A DNA stretch of 64,000 nucleotides, from NCBI GenBank assembly GCA_019749835.1, contig JAIEPJ010000073.1, forward strand, positions 23,660 to 87,659. The letters run 5' to 3'. The DNA is from Phreatobacter sp. Its GTDB lineage: Bacteria; Pseudomonadota; Alphaproteobacteria; Rhizobiales; Phreatobacteraceae. Below, piece after piece: positions 48,439 through 58,230 of the stretch. The position numbers were made by a program, and so were the translations under genes. The notes beneath the pieces are model-generated. The model was not told the DNA's origin. It searched no databases and saw only the letters and a program-made list of their open reading frames with translations. Numbering within the stretch: position 1 is the stretch's first letter; each line of letters starts with the position of its first letter.

Positions 48439-49560
48439 ATGGAAACTTCCGGAATTCTCGGCACGAAGGCCGATATCGTCCGGGCCCAGGTCGAGCGGGC
48501 CATTGCTGAATTGCGGGCAGCGCGCCCGGTGCTGATCCATGGCGCAGGGCGAACCGTGCTCGCCTTCGGTGTCGACGGGATCGATCACGCGGCGGCAGGG
48601 GCGGCAGCCGCCCTCAGCCCGTCGATGGCACATCTTCTCCTGCCTGCCGCGCGTCTGCGGCGGCTCGGCCTTGAGCGGTCTGCTCCGGCCCGCGTGGCGC
48701 TGCCGCAGATCAACGCGGCCCGGATCGAATCCCTGGCCCTGACGATTGAGGCGCGCATCGATGCGCCTGTCTCGCCCGTCGACGACCTCGACGAGGCTGC
48801 CCTCGAACTGGCGCGCCTCGCGCTGATCGTGCCCGCGGTGGTGATGGTTCCCCTCGCGGCCGGCAGCGATGCGCCGCTCCACGTTCTTGCGGTGGATGCG
48901 GCCGCGATCGGCGATTTCCGCAAGCTGGAGTCCCGGTTGATCCGCATCGTCGGCCGTGCGCCGGTTCCGCTGGAAGGTGCACCCGACACGGAATTCGTCG
49001 TCTTCCGCGGTGGCGAGGGCCTGCGTGACCAGGTCGCCATCGTCATCGGCAAGCCCAGCCCGGCTCAGCCCGTGCCGGTTCGTCTGCACTCGGCCTGCCT
49101 GACCGGTGACCTCTTCGGGTCGCTGAAGTGCGATTGTGGCGACCAGCTGCGCGATACCGTGGAATGGATGGCGAAGAACGGCGGCGGCATTCTGCTCTAT
49201 CTCGACCAGGAAGGCCGCGGCAACGGCATCGCCAACAAGATGCGGGCCTATCGCTTGCAGTCGCTCGGCTGGGATACCTACGACGCCGACGAGGTCCTCG
49301 GCTTCGACCTCGACCAGCGCCGCTTCGACTTCGCAGCCGAAATGCTGAAGCAGCTCGGCATCACCTCGATCGACGTGATGACCAACAATCCCGTCAAGAT
49401 CGCCGCCATGGCGGAGGCCGGCATCGAGGTGCGTTCCGAACGTCGCGTCATCGGCCGCGCCACCGACGAGAACGTGCGGTACCTGACGTCGAAGCGTGAC
49501 CGCGCCGGCCATGCCATCGATGCCGACGCGCTTCTCGCGAGCCTCGCTGCCCGCAAGTAG
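48439..49560 (+). CDS. ribA: GTP cyclohydrolase II with a degenerate DHBP-synthase-like N-terminal domain
   Basis: VRLHSACLTGDLFGSLKCDCG.QL, QEGRGNG..NKMRAY.LQ, MTNNPVK. Confidence 0.93.
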   Translation: METSGILGTKADIVRAQVERAIAELRAARPVLIHGAGRTVLAFGVDGIDHAAAGAAAALSPSMAHLLLPAARLRRLGLERSAPARVALPQINAARIESLALTIEARIDAPVSPVDDLDEAALELARLALIVPAVVMVPLAAGSDAPLHVLAVDAAAIGDFRKLESRLIRIVGRAPVPLEGAPDTEFVVFRGGEGLRDQVAIVIGKPSPAQPVPVRLHSACLTGDLFGSLKCDCGDQLRDTVEWMAKNGGGILLYLDQEGRGNGIANKMRAYRLQSLGWDTYDADEVLGFDLDQRRFDFAAEMLKQLGITSIDVMTNNPVKIAAMAEAGIEVRSERRVIGRATDENVRYLTSKRDRAGHAIDADALLASLAARK

Positions 49561-49622
49561 CGGCTATGGCGGGGCGAGCCGGGCTGGGCTAAGACGGCGG
49601 CAGGTCGAACCCGGCGCCGCCC

Positions 49623-51881
49623 ATGCAGTCTCAGAACCCCGTGCCGTTCCGCCTTGCCCTGGCGCTTGGGCTCTTCGCCATCGGCTGGTTCATCCTCGCG
49701 GCGCCCTGGCTCCTCGGCCAGGTGACGATCCCTTGGGACGCCAAGGCCCACTGGTACCCTCACCTCGTCTTCGCAGCGCGGTCGCTTCATGCGGCCGCAT
49801 CACCGGCCTGGACACCGAATATCTTCGCCGGGTCACCGGAGATCGCCGATCCGCAATCGGTCCTGTTCTCGGCACCGCTTCTTGCGCTCGCTGCGCTCAC
49901 GGCAGAACCCAGCCTGACCGCCATGGACTGGGCTGTCTTCGCCATGCTTTTCGCCGGCGGTACCGGCGTGCTTCTCCTGTTCCGGGACCGCGGCTGGCAT
50001 TGGGGCGGCGGCCTCGTCGCCGCCCTTGCCTTTGCCTTTGGCGCGGCGGCGAGCTGGCGCATCCAGCACCTGTCGCAGGTCTTCTCGCTCTGCTGGTGGC
50101 CGATCGCCTGGTGGTGTCTCGCCCGCGCCCTCGACCGTCATTCCCTGTTTTTCGGAATCGCGGCGGGACTGGCGGCGGCACTGATGGTGCTGGGCCGCGA
50201 CCAGGTGGCGCTCCTTTGCGCCTACCTTCTCGCTGCGACCGTTCTGGCCCACTGGTTCGCAGCAAAAAGGCCCTGGGCAAAGGTCGGGGCGACGCTCGGG
50301 CCGCTGACGGCAGCAGCCGTGGCGGGGGCGCTGGTGGTTGCCGTTCCGGTCCTGATGTCTGCCCTTTGGGGCGCCGAATCCAACCGCATCGTCATCGACG
50401 AGACCGGCGCCGGACGGGGCTCGCTCCATCCGGCCCATCTCCTCACCTGGATCGTCGGCAACCTCTATGGCGCGGCCGGTCCGCTCGCAGAGCACTGGGG
50501 TCCGCCAAGCCCGACCTGGGGCGAGACAGGCCTGTTCCTCGCCCGCAACATGGGCAATCTCTACGCAGGGGCCCTGCCCCTGCTCCTCGTCCTCGCCCTC
50601 CTGCGCAGCGGCGCCCTGCTCGACCGCGACATCCGCTTCGTCACCGCCGCGCTCGTCGTCATGCTGCTCTATGCCCTCGGCTGGTACACGCCCGCTTTCA
50701 GCCTGTTCTGGCACCTGCCGGGCGTCGATCTCTTCCGGCGCCCGGCCGATGCGGCTTTCGTGATCGGCGGGCTCTTCGCCATCCTCGCCGGCTATGGTGC
50801 CCACCGCCTGCTGACGGGAACGCTGCGGACCGGCTGGCGTGTCGAGGCGCTGGTCGCAGCCGCCCTGGTGACGCTGGCCAGCGCGCTGATCGTCTCGAAG
50901 GGCGCGCCCACCGCCGCCTGGACCAACCTCGCCATCGCCGCGGGATCGATCGCCATATCGTTTTTGGTCCTCGGGCTTGGCCGTCGCCTGCCTGCCGCCG
51001 GGCTGGCGGTTCTCCTCGCGGCGGTGCTGGTGGCGGACCTGCGGCTCACCAACGGCCCGAGTGAATCCACCGCCCTGCCGCCCGCGAGCTATGCCGTGCT
51101 GGAGCCGGGCAGCACCGATCCCGCCCTCGCCCTCATCCGCTCCCTCACCGTTCGCGACGCCACGCGACGCGACCGCGTCGAACTGATCGGCCTCGGCTAC
51201 GAATGGCAAAACGCCGCCATGTCCCATGACTTCGAGGACGTCTTGGGCTTCAATCCCGTGCGCTCCGCCGCTTTCGCCAATCTGGTTGGCGCCGAGGACA
51301 TCGCCGCCCTGCCGGGCCAGCGGCGCTTTCCGCCCGCCTTCCCGTCCTACCGGTCGGAACTCGCCGACATTCTCGGGCTGCGCTTCGTCGTCACGCGCGT
51401 GCCGCCCGGCGACATCGACCGGCGGCTCCCCGCCGATGCCCTGCCGCTCGTCGGCGAGGCCGGCGGCATCCGCATCCATGAGAACACCCGCGCCCTGCCC
51501 CGCGTCTGGGTTGCGCCGTCAGCCATGGAGACGCCGCCAGATCTCGCGACGGTCGGTTTCCCCTCGGGGCTCGATCCGCGCCTGACGGTCCTGATCGAGG
51601 GACCCGTGCCGCCGACGCGGCAACCCGGCGGTACGGCGCGCATCCTCGCCTATGGCAATACGGCCGTGACGGTCGAAACCATGACGGCCGACGGCGGAAT
51701 CCTCGTCCTCGGCGATGCCTGGCACCCCTGGTGGAGCGCCCGGATAGACGGCCGCGATGTACCGATCCGCCGTGCTTTCGGTGTCGTCCGCGCGGTGGAG
51801 GTGCCCGGTGGCAGGGCGACCGTCATATTCACCTTCGAGCCGCTGCGCGGCCTGTTACGGCAGATCCAGGGCCCGCTCTAG
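49623..51881 (+). CDS. Large polytopic membrane protein, YfhO/GT-C-like
   Basis: One TM then IPWDA..HWYP and PAWTP.IFAG.P..ADPQS loop, many TMs, FRRPADA, C-terminal HENTRALPR and L.DAWHPWWSARIDG..VPIRRA..VVRAVEVP.G..TV.F.F.P (YfhO-like). Confidence 0.65.
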   Translation: MQSQNPVPFRLALALGLFAIGWFILAAPWLLGQVTIPWDAKAHWYPHLVFAARSLHAAASPAWTPNIFAGSPEIADPQSVLFSAPLLALAALTAEPSLTAMDWAVFAMLFAGGTGVLLLFRDRGWHWGGGLVAALAFAFGAAASWRIQHLSQVFSLCWWPIAWWCLARALDRHSLFFGIAAGLAAALMVLGRDQVALLCAYLLAATVLAHWFAAKRPWAKVGATLGPLTAAAVAGALVVAVPVLMSALWGAESNRIVIDETGAGRGSLHPAHLLTWIVGNLYGAAGPLAEHWGPPSPTWGETGLFLARNMGNLYAGALPLLLVLALLRSGALLDRDIRFVTAALVVMLLYALGWYTPAFSLFWHLPGVDLFRRPADAAFVIGGLFAILAGYGAHRLLTGTLRTGWRVEALVAAALVTLASALIVSKGAPTAAWTNLAIAAGSIAISFLVLGLGRRLPAAGLAVLLAAVLVADLRLTNGPSESTALPPASYAVLEPGSTDPALALIRSLTVRDATRRDRVELIGLGYEWQNAAMSHDFEDVLGFNPVRSAAFANLVGAEDIAALPGQRRFPPAFPSYRSELADILGLRFVVTRVPPGDIDRRLPADALPLVGEAGGIRIHENTRALPRVWVAPSAMETPPDLATVGFPSGLDPRLTVLIEGPVPPTRQPGGTARILAYGNTAVTVETMTADGGILVLGDAWHPWWSARIDGRDVPIRRAFGVVRAVEVPGGRATVIFTFEPLRGLLRQIQGPL

Positions 51882-52645
51882 GCGGCCTTGAACGGCCTGA
51901 TTGTGATGCCGGCGGCCTCCAGCGTGTCACGGACGGTGCGCGCCATGGCCACGGCCGCGGGATTGTCGCCATGGACGCAGATCGTGTCGATGGCGACCTT
52001 GAGCCGCTTGCCGGTGACGGTGACCACCTCCTGATCCTCGACCATACGCAGGACGCGGGCGGCAGCCAGCGCCGCATCGTGGATCACGGCACCTTCCACC
52101 TTGCGGCTCGTCAGGTTGCCGCTGTCGTCATAGGTGCGGTCGGCGAAAACCTCGCGCGCCATCGGCAGGCCGAGTTTCTCGCCAGCCCTCTCGGTCGACA
52201 GTCCCGGCATGACGACGAAGACGAGCTTGGGATCCACCGCCTTGATGGCGCGGCCCACCGCCATCGCCATGTCATCGTCGTCATTGCTCATGTTGCCCAG
52301 GGCGCCGTGGGTCTTCACATGGGTGACCTTGTGCCCGGCCATGACGGCCAGCGCCTGCATGGCGCCGACCTGGTAGGCGATCTGCTTTTCCAGATCTCCC
52401 ATGCTGTCCCCGCGGATCACCCTGCGTCCGAACCCCCAGAGGTCGCCGAAGCCGGGATGGGCGCCAATCGACACGCCCTTCGCCTTCGCGATCTCTGCGG
52501 TGCGGTGCATGATGATCGGATCGCCGGCATGCCAGCCGCAGGCGACATTGGCGGACGAAACGATCGAGAGCATCGCCTCGTCGTCACCCATCTTCCAGGG
52601 GCCGAAGCCCTCGCCCATGTCCGAATTGAGATCGACGGCTGTCAT
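51878..52645 (-). CDS. pxpA: 5-oxoprolinase subunit PxpA (LamB/YcsF)
   Basis: DLNSDMGEGFG, SANVACGWHAGDP, GAHPG, HVKTHGALGN, EVFADRTY, TICVHGD. Confidence 0.93.
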   Translation of the reverse strand: MTAVDLNSDMGEGFGPWKMGDDEAMLSIVSSANVACGWHAGDPIIMHRTAEIAKAKGVSIGAHPGFGDLWGFGRRVIRGDSMGDLEKQIAYQVGAMQALAVMAGHKVTHVKTHGALGNMSNDDDDMAMAVGRAIKAVDPKLVFVVMPGLSTERAGEKLGLPMAREVFADRTYDDSGNLTSRKVEGAVIHDAALAAARVLRMVEDQEVVTVTGKRLKVAIDTICVHGDNPAAVAMARTVRDTLEAAGITIRPFKAA

Positions 52646-52656
52646 GACGGCCTCCT

Positions 52657-53697
52657 TCAGGCGGCGGAATGGAGCGGCGGTTCGGCCGGCGGCGCATGGG
52701 CGTCGACCCAGCCATCGACCAGGTTGACCGACAGGAGATGTTCGGTGTCGAAGCCGAGGCCGACCGGCTTCAGACCGGCACGAACAGACGCCAGCATAGC
52801 CGCCTGCTCACGCGCGGCGGCGATGCCCTCGGCCAGCGTGACCGCAGCAAAGCGCATCTCGCTGCCGGGACGCTGTTGGACGAAGCGCGGCAGGTCGGCC
52901 GAGATGATGGTGGCGATCTTCGGATAGCCGCCGGTGGTCTGTCGATCGGCCAGCAGCACGATCGGCTCGCCAGATCCTGGCACCTGGATCGAGCCGGTGA
53001 CGATGCCGTCGGAGACGATGTTGAAGCCCTTGGCGTGCTCGATCACCGGGCCGCTGAGCCGGTAGCCCATCCGGTCGGCCTCCGCCGAGACGCTATAGGC
53101 CTCGCCGAGAAAGGTCGCGATGCCAGCGTCGCTGAAATAGTCGTCCTGCGGCCCAAGCACGACGCGGAAGGCACCGGAGGAAACCTTCGGCGGCACGGTC
53201 GCGGTGAGGTCCGGCCCATGCGGCGCGCTGCCGACGGGCAGCACCTGCCCAGGACGCACCGGTGCCCGGTCGACGCCGCCGAGCCCACCGCGCAGGTGGA
53301 ACGAACGGCTGCCGAGATCCGTCTTCACCGCGATGCCGCCCGAGACCGCGAGAACCATGAAGGTCCCCGCCTTGGCGGCACCGACGGTGACACTCTGCCC
53401 ATCCAGCGCCGTGGCGCTGGTGAGCGGCGGCACCGCCTCGCCGTCGATTTTCAGGTCGGCATAGGCGCCGGCCAGCGCCACGCGCACAGGGCCGCCCTCG
53501 ACGACGAAAGCACCGCCGAGCACCGTGAACTCGATGGCCGCCTCGCCAGCTGCGTTGCCCACGAGCATGTTCGCGACCACCAGCGCGATGCGGTCCATGG
53601 CCCCGGCCGGCCCGACGCCGTAGCGCTGGAATCCGAACCGCCCGGAATCCTGAATGGTGGTCCCGGCGCCGCAATCCTTGACGAGAAGCCGGATCAT
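52657..53697 (-). CDS. pxpC: 5-oxoprolinase subunit PxpC (KipA-like)
   Basis: TIQDSGRFG, GAMD, ADRMGYRL, GSIQVPGSGEPIVLLADRQTTGGYPKI; ATGA overlap with pxpB. Confidence 0.92.
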   Translation of the reverse strand: MIRLLVKDCGAGTTIQDSGRFGFQRYGVGPAGAMDRIALVVANMLVGNAAGEAAIEFTVLGGAFVVEGGPVRVALAGAYADLKIDGEAVPPLTSATALDGQSVTVGAAKAGTFMVLAVSGGIAVKTDLGSRSFHLRGGLGGVDRAPVRPGQVLPVGSAPHGPDLTATVPPKVSSGAFRVVLGPQDDYFSDAGIATFLGEAYSVSAEADRMGYRLSGPVIEHAKGFNIVSDGIVTGSIQVPGSGEPIVLLADRQTTGGYPKIATIISADLPRFVQQRPGSEMRFAAVTLAEGIAAAREQAAMLASVRAGLKPVGLGFDTEHLLSVNLVDGWVDAHAPPAEPPLHSAA

Positions 53698-54419
53698 GCC
53701 GCCACCAGCTCCGCGACCGGCTCGCCGGCCGCCGCCGCCGCGTCGAGCGCGTCCCACGCGCGCGCGGGAATGGGCCGGAACGTCACCTCGTCGCCAGCTC
53801 CCACAAGAAAGACGGGATCGCGGTCCGGCATGAAGTTGCGCACCGGCGTGCGTCCCAGCAGATGCCAGCCCGACGGCGCCTCGACCGAGGCGAACAGGGC
53901 CTGGACGCCGCCGATCGAGACCGTGCCGGCCGGTGTCTTGAGGCGCGGGCTGATCCGCCGCGGCAGCGCGATGGAGGGATCGGCCCCCGACAGGTAGCAG
54001 AAGCCCGGCAGGAAGCCGAGCATGGCAACCCGGTACGTGCGGCTCGCATGGCGGCGGATGATCTCATCGGTGGTCAGGCCGTGGCTCTTCGCCACGTCCT
54101 CGAGATCGATCCCGAATTCGCCGCCATAGACCACGGGAATGATCCAGCGCCGGGGTGGTCGCCCATCCGTCGCGAGCCCAGCGAGGATCTGGTGCACCCG
54201 GGCCTCGAAGGCCGGCATGTCGATGACCAGCGGATCGACCTGGACGAGCACCGATCGGTAGGTGGGCAGGGTCTCGATGACGCCGGGGATCGCCGCATCC
54301 GTCAGTGCCGCATCGAAGGCGAGACAGAGCGCATTGAGCCCGTCGTCGATCTCGGTGCCGAACTCGACCGTGACGGCGGTATCGCCACACGGCAGGAAGC
54401 GCGGGGAATGGACGCCCAT
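53694..54419 (-). CDS. pxpB: 5-oxoprolinase subunit PxpB (KipI-like)
   Basis: GDTAVTVEFG, PTYRS, IPVVYGGEFG.DL, GFLPGFCYL, SGWHLLGRTP. Confidence 0.92.
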   Translation of the reverse strand: MGVHSPRFLPCGDTAVTVEFGTEIDDGLNALCLAFDAALTDAAIPGVIETLPTYRSVLVQVDPLVIDMPAFEARVHQILAGLATDGRPPRRWIIPVVYGGEFGIDLEDVAKSHGLTTDEIIRRHASRTYRVAMLGFLPGFCYLSGADPSIALPRRISPRLKTPAGTVSIGGVQALFASVEAPSGWHLLGRTPVRNFMPDRDPVFLVGAGDEVTFRPIPARAWDALDAAAAAGEPVAELVAA

Positions 54420-54432
54420 GGCTGGATTCCGG

Positions 54433-55737
54433 TCAGCCCGCCAGCAGGTTCGGCAGGAACATGACGATCTGCGGGAAGACCACCAGGGTCATCGTGAAGA
54501 TGATCATGATGATCAGATAGGGCAGCGTCACCTTCGCCAGATAGGACAGGCTGTCACCGGTAATGCCCTGGATGACGAAGAGATTGAAGCCGACCGGCGG
54601 GGTGATCTGCGCCATCTCGACGACCAGCACGATGAACACGCCGAACCAGATCGGATCGAAGCCTGCCATCTTGATGATCGGCAGGACGATCGGCAGCGTC
54701 ATGACGATCATCGAGAAACCGTCGAGGAAGCAGCCGAGCACCAGGTAGAACACCACCAGCGCGAGCATCAGCTCGAAAGGCGAAAGCCCGAGGCCCTGCA
54801 CGAAGGCGGCCACCTTGGCAGGAATACCGAGGAAGGCGGTGGCCGAGCCGAGGATGGATGCTCCCAGGAGGATCAGCGCGATCATCGAACAGGTCACCAC
54901 GGAACCGATGGCGATCTGTCGGACGGCCTCCAAAGTCAGGGAGCGCTGGACCAGCGCGACGGTCGCGGCGCCGAGCACACCGACGGCCGCTGCCTCCGAC
55001 GGAGTGGCAATGCCGCCATACATGGAGCCCAGCACACAGGCGATGAGGAACAGGGCTGGCGCCAGGTCCTTGAGCGAAGCGAAGCGCTCGCCCCAGGAGA
55101 GGTTGCGCAGCGCACGCTCGCTCTCCGGCACCAGATCCTTGCGGATCGTCGTGTGGATCATGATCCAGCCCATGAAGCAAACCGCAAGAAGCAGACCGGG
55201 AATGAGGCCTGCCGTAAACAGCTTGATGATGGAGACATCGGCGAGGACGCCGTAGATGATGAGGATGTTGGACGGCGGAATGAGAAAGCCGAGCGTGCCG
55301 GCGCCGGCCAGCGAGCCGATGGCGATGTCGCGCGAGTAGCCGCGCTTCAGCAGTTCGGTCAGGGCGATGCGCCCGACCACCTGCGTCGTCGCCGCGGAAG
55401 AGCCGGAAATCGCCGCGAAGATGGTGCAGCCGATGACGTTGACATGGATGAGACGTCCCGGCAGCAGGCCGGCCCAGGGCGCAAGGCCTGTGAACAATGA
55501 GCGCGACAGGTTGGTGCGGAACAGCAGTTCGCCCATCAGGATGAAGAGCGGCAGCGCCAGAAGCTCCTGCGTCGTCAGGATGTTCCAGGCATATTGGGGC
55601 ACAAGCCGGTGCAGCGGGATGTCACGGAAGATCGCCAGCAGGATCGTGCCCGTCACGCCCAGCGTGAGGCCGATCCACAGCCCGCCGGCGAGCAGGCCGA
55701 ACAGGATGGCGAACATGAAGATGACTTCGACGGCCAT
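54433..55737 (-). CDS. dctM: TRAP transporter large permease
   Basis: LPLFILMG, FAAISGSS.AT, GTLGFLIPPS, ATPSEAA, QITPPVGFNLF. Confidence 0.93.
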   Translation of the reverse strand: MAVEVIFMFAILFGLLAGGLWIGLTLGVTGTILLAIFRDIPLHRLVPQYAWNILTTQELLALPLFILMGELLFRTNLSRSLFTGLAPWAGLLPGRLIHVNVIGCTIFAAISGSSAATTQVVGRIALTELLKRGYSRDIAIGSLAGAGTLGFLIPPSNILIIYGVLADVSIIKLFTAGLIPGLLLAVCFMGWIMIHTTIRKDLVPESERALRNLSWGERFASLKDLAPALFLIACVLGSMYGGIATPSEAAAVGVLGAATVALVQRSLTLEAVRQIAIGSVVTCSMIALILLGASILGSATAFLGIPAKVAAFVQGLGLSPFELMLALVVFYLVLGCFLDGFSMIVMTLPIVLPIIKMAGFDPIWFGVFIVLVVEMAQITPPVGFNLFVIQGITGDSLSYLAKVTLPYLIIMIIFTMTLVVFPQIVMFLPNLLAG

Positions 55738-55784
55738 GGAAGGCTCCGCTCGACGAGATGAGGATCAGGACGACGCGAAGGCCG

Positions 55785-56366
55785 CTATTCGACGGGGTTC
55801 GACGCTCGCATGGACGGGTCTTCCAGCGGCAGGTCCAGCGCCGCGCGAATGGTTCGCGCCAGGAACTGCAAGGCGAGAAGCGCCATGCCCACAGTCACCA
55901 GGGCCATGGGCGGCCACACGATCGTCCCGGACGAGATCGACACCTGGCCGCGGGCGAAGGAGTTCCAGGTGAATATGACCATGGACACCGTCAGGTAGCT
56001 GGTCGCAGCGAAGGCTACCGCCGAGGAGACAATTTCCAGCAACTTCTTCAGCCGCGGACCGGCATTGCCCACGACGAGAGTGACCCGGATATGACCGCCC
56101 CCCCTGAGCGTCATGGCGGCACCAAAGGTGAAGGCAGCCGCCATGAGATAGGAGGAATATTCCCAGGCGTTGGGGACAACGCCCGGTCCGATGCCGAAGA
56201 AGTTGGACGCCGCGCGGACGATCACCTCCGCCAGCATCAGGCAGGTCAGTGTCAGAAGGCAGAGCGCACCGATCCAGCCGTCGAGACGGCCGAGCCGGTC
56301 GATGCCGGAAAGGAACCACCGGATGCCCGATGGCGCCCCGGCATTGAGATCAAGGTGGGGGGCCAT
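55785..56366 (-). CDS. dctQ: TRAP transporter small permease
   Basis: 4 TM segments, WEYSSYLM, GGHIRV; lies between dctP and dctM. Confidence 0.9.
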   Translation of the reverse strand: MAPHLDLNAGAPSGIRWFLSGIDRLGRLDGWIGALCLLTLTCLMLAEVIVRAASNFFGIGPGVVPNAWEYSSYLMAAAFTFGAAMTLRGGGHIRVTLVVGNAGPRLKKLLEIVSSAVAFAATSYLTVSMVIFTWNSFARGQVSISSGTIVWPPMALVTVGMALLALQFLARTIRAALDLPLEDPSMRASNPVE

Positions 56367-56379
56367 CGGACGATCCGTC

Positions 56380-57378
56380 TCAGGAGCGCTTGACTTCGGC
56401 GAGATAGGCCTCGATCGGGCCCTTCGCCGCGGGAACGCGCCGAATGTAATCCTGCACCATGGTGGCGGTGCGGCGGCGCATGTCGGCCATCATCGGCGCC
56501 GGGATGTCGACCACCTCCATGCCGCCCTGCTTCAGGCGGGCGAGGCTGTCGGTGTCGGCCTTCACGGAGACCGCCCAGAATTCCGGCTCAAGCTTCTTGG
56601 CCACCGCCTCGATCGACGCGCGGTGGTTGGCCGGCAGCCGGTTCCAGGCGTCCATGTTGACGTTCACCATCTGGCATGACCAGACATGGTTCGTCGGATA
56701 GACATATTTCAGGAACTCCCAGAACTTGCCGTCGACACCGGACACGGACGAGGTCGAAACGCCCTGGACCGCGCCGGAGGCAAGAGCCGGAATGGTCTCG
56801 CCCCACGGGATGACGACGCCGGTCATGCCGAGCGCATTGACCATGTCCTGGGCGCCGCGATCCGGGCAACGGACCTTCTGGCCTGCGAGGCCGGCCAGCG
56901 TGTCGGCCTTCACTTTCAGGTGCAGATACTGGGTCGGCCAGGGCACCATGTAGAGATTTTTCTGGTTGTTGTTCTGCACAACGCGCTCGAAGACCGGGCG
57001 GATGTGCTTGTGATAGATGCGCAGCTCGTCCACCGAGCCGACCAGGAACGGAATGCCCTCGGCCCCGAGGATCGGCTCGTCGCCGATCTGCTGGATGTTG
57101 AGCACGTCGGCGATCGGCACCAGGCCGTCGCGCACGGCGCGCAGATGCTCCGGTCCCCTGAACCCGAGCTGGCCGCCGCTCTTCACTGTGATGTTCACTG
57201 CGCCGCCGGTCGCAGCCTTGACCTCGTCGGCAAACTTCTTGGCGTTGACGGTGTGGAAGTTACCGTCCGGCCAGACCGTCGAGAGGTCCCAGTTGGCGGC
57301 CTGGGCGCGGGCCACGGTCGGGGCCGCGAGCATGCTGGTACCGGCAAGGCCGGCCACGAATTGACGACGATCGAACAT
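56380..57378 (-). CDS. dctP: TRAP substrate-binding protein with Tat signal (resembles the pyroglutamate-binding DctP6/7 type)
   Basis: MFDRRQF Tat signal, WDLSTVWPDGNFH, RAVRDG, VPWPTQ, GQKVR; ATG 57378. Confidence 0.88.
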   Translation of the reverse strand: MFDRRQFVAGLAGTSMLAAPTVARAQAANWDLSTVWPDGNFHTVNAKKFADEVKAATGGAVNITVKSGGQLGFRGPEHLRAVRDGLVPIADVLNIQQIGDEPILGAEGIPFLVGSVDELRIYHKHIRPVFERVVQNNNQKNLYMVPWPTQYLHLKVKADTLAGLAGQKVRCPDRGAQDMVNALGMTGVVIPWGETIPALASGAVQGVSTSSVSGVDGKFWEFLKYVYPTNHVWSCQMVNVNMDAWNRLPANHRASIEAVAKKLEPEFWAVSVKADTDSLARLKQGGMEVVDIPAPMMADMRRRTATMVQDYIRRVPAAKGPIEAYLAEVKRS

Positions 57379-57588
57379 TGGCGGGACTCCTCGTTCCTGT
57401 CTCTGGATGTTCCGCCGTTGTCGGCGGCCGGGCTTGGCGCCCTTGTTCGGAATTGGACCGCTGTTCAGCCACGTTGACAAGGCCGAAATCTGCATTGCGC
57501 GAGCACCGGTCACGCGCAACGGAAACGCCTGCCATGCCGTCGCTGGTCGACGATCATTGGCACGACGATCCCGCAACGAGGGCTATGT

Positions 57589-57605
57589 GTCAACATCATG
57601 TTGAC
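57589..57605. promoter_or_regulatory. Perfect palindromic operator between dctP and the divergent regulator gene
   Basis: GTCAACAT-C-ATGTTGAC in an AT-rich intergenic region. Confidence 0.75.
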
Positions 57606-57693
57606 GTTTTGTCGTCGTTTTCTCTGTTTGATTTTGACGCTCAGTCTTGCCACTCTGTCAGGCCGTGCTGATGCACAGCTTCGAGGTCAGTCG

Positions 57694-58212
57694 ATGACGC
57701 CTCCGTCCACCCTGGGTCCGATCGTATCCTCCGCCCATCTGGCTTCGGGGGAGTTGCCGGCGCTGTCCGAGTTCGAGTTTGGCATGATGATGGTCAGCCA
57801 CGCTTTTCATCGGTGGACAGTCCGCTGCGCGGCGGCCGGCGGCGCGCCGGGTCTCTCGGCGCTCGAGAACATGATCCTCCACACAGTCTATCATCGCGGT
57901 CGCCCCAAGCGGCTCGCCGATATCGCCCTCGTCCTCAATGTCGAGGACATGCATCTCGTCACCTATGCGGTGAAGAAGCTCGAAAAGGCGGGCCTCGTGA
58001 AGGGCGAGAAGATCGGCAAGGAGAAGGCGGTCTCGGTGACCAAGAAGGGATCTGACGCTGTCATGCGCTACCATGAGGTGCGCGAGGCGCTGCTGATCCA
58101 GAGCGTCAAGGCGTTCGGCACCGATGCAGCCGTTCTTAGCCGCATCGCCACCGAGATGCGCGCCCTCTCTGGCCTCTATGACCAGGCCGCGCGAGCGGCC
58201 GCCAGCCTCTAA
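57694..58212 (+). CDS. MarR-like winged-helix transcriptional regulator
   Basis: IVSSAHLA, LSEFEFG, KRLADIALVLNVEDMHLVTYAVKKLEKAGLV (wHTH), LSGLYDQAAR. Confidence 0.85.
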   Translation: MTPPSTLGPIVSSAHLASGELPALSEFEFGMMMVSHAFHRWTVRCAAAGGAPGLSALENMILHTVYHRGRPKRLADIALVLNVEDMHLVTYAVKKLEKAGLVKGEKIGKEKAVSVTKKGSDAVMRYHEVREALLIQSVKAFGTDAAVLSRIATEMRALSGLYDQAARAAASL

Positions 58213-58230
58213 GGCCGACGGCCTCGTGCG

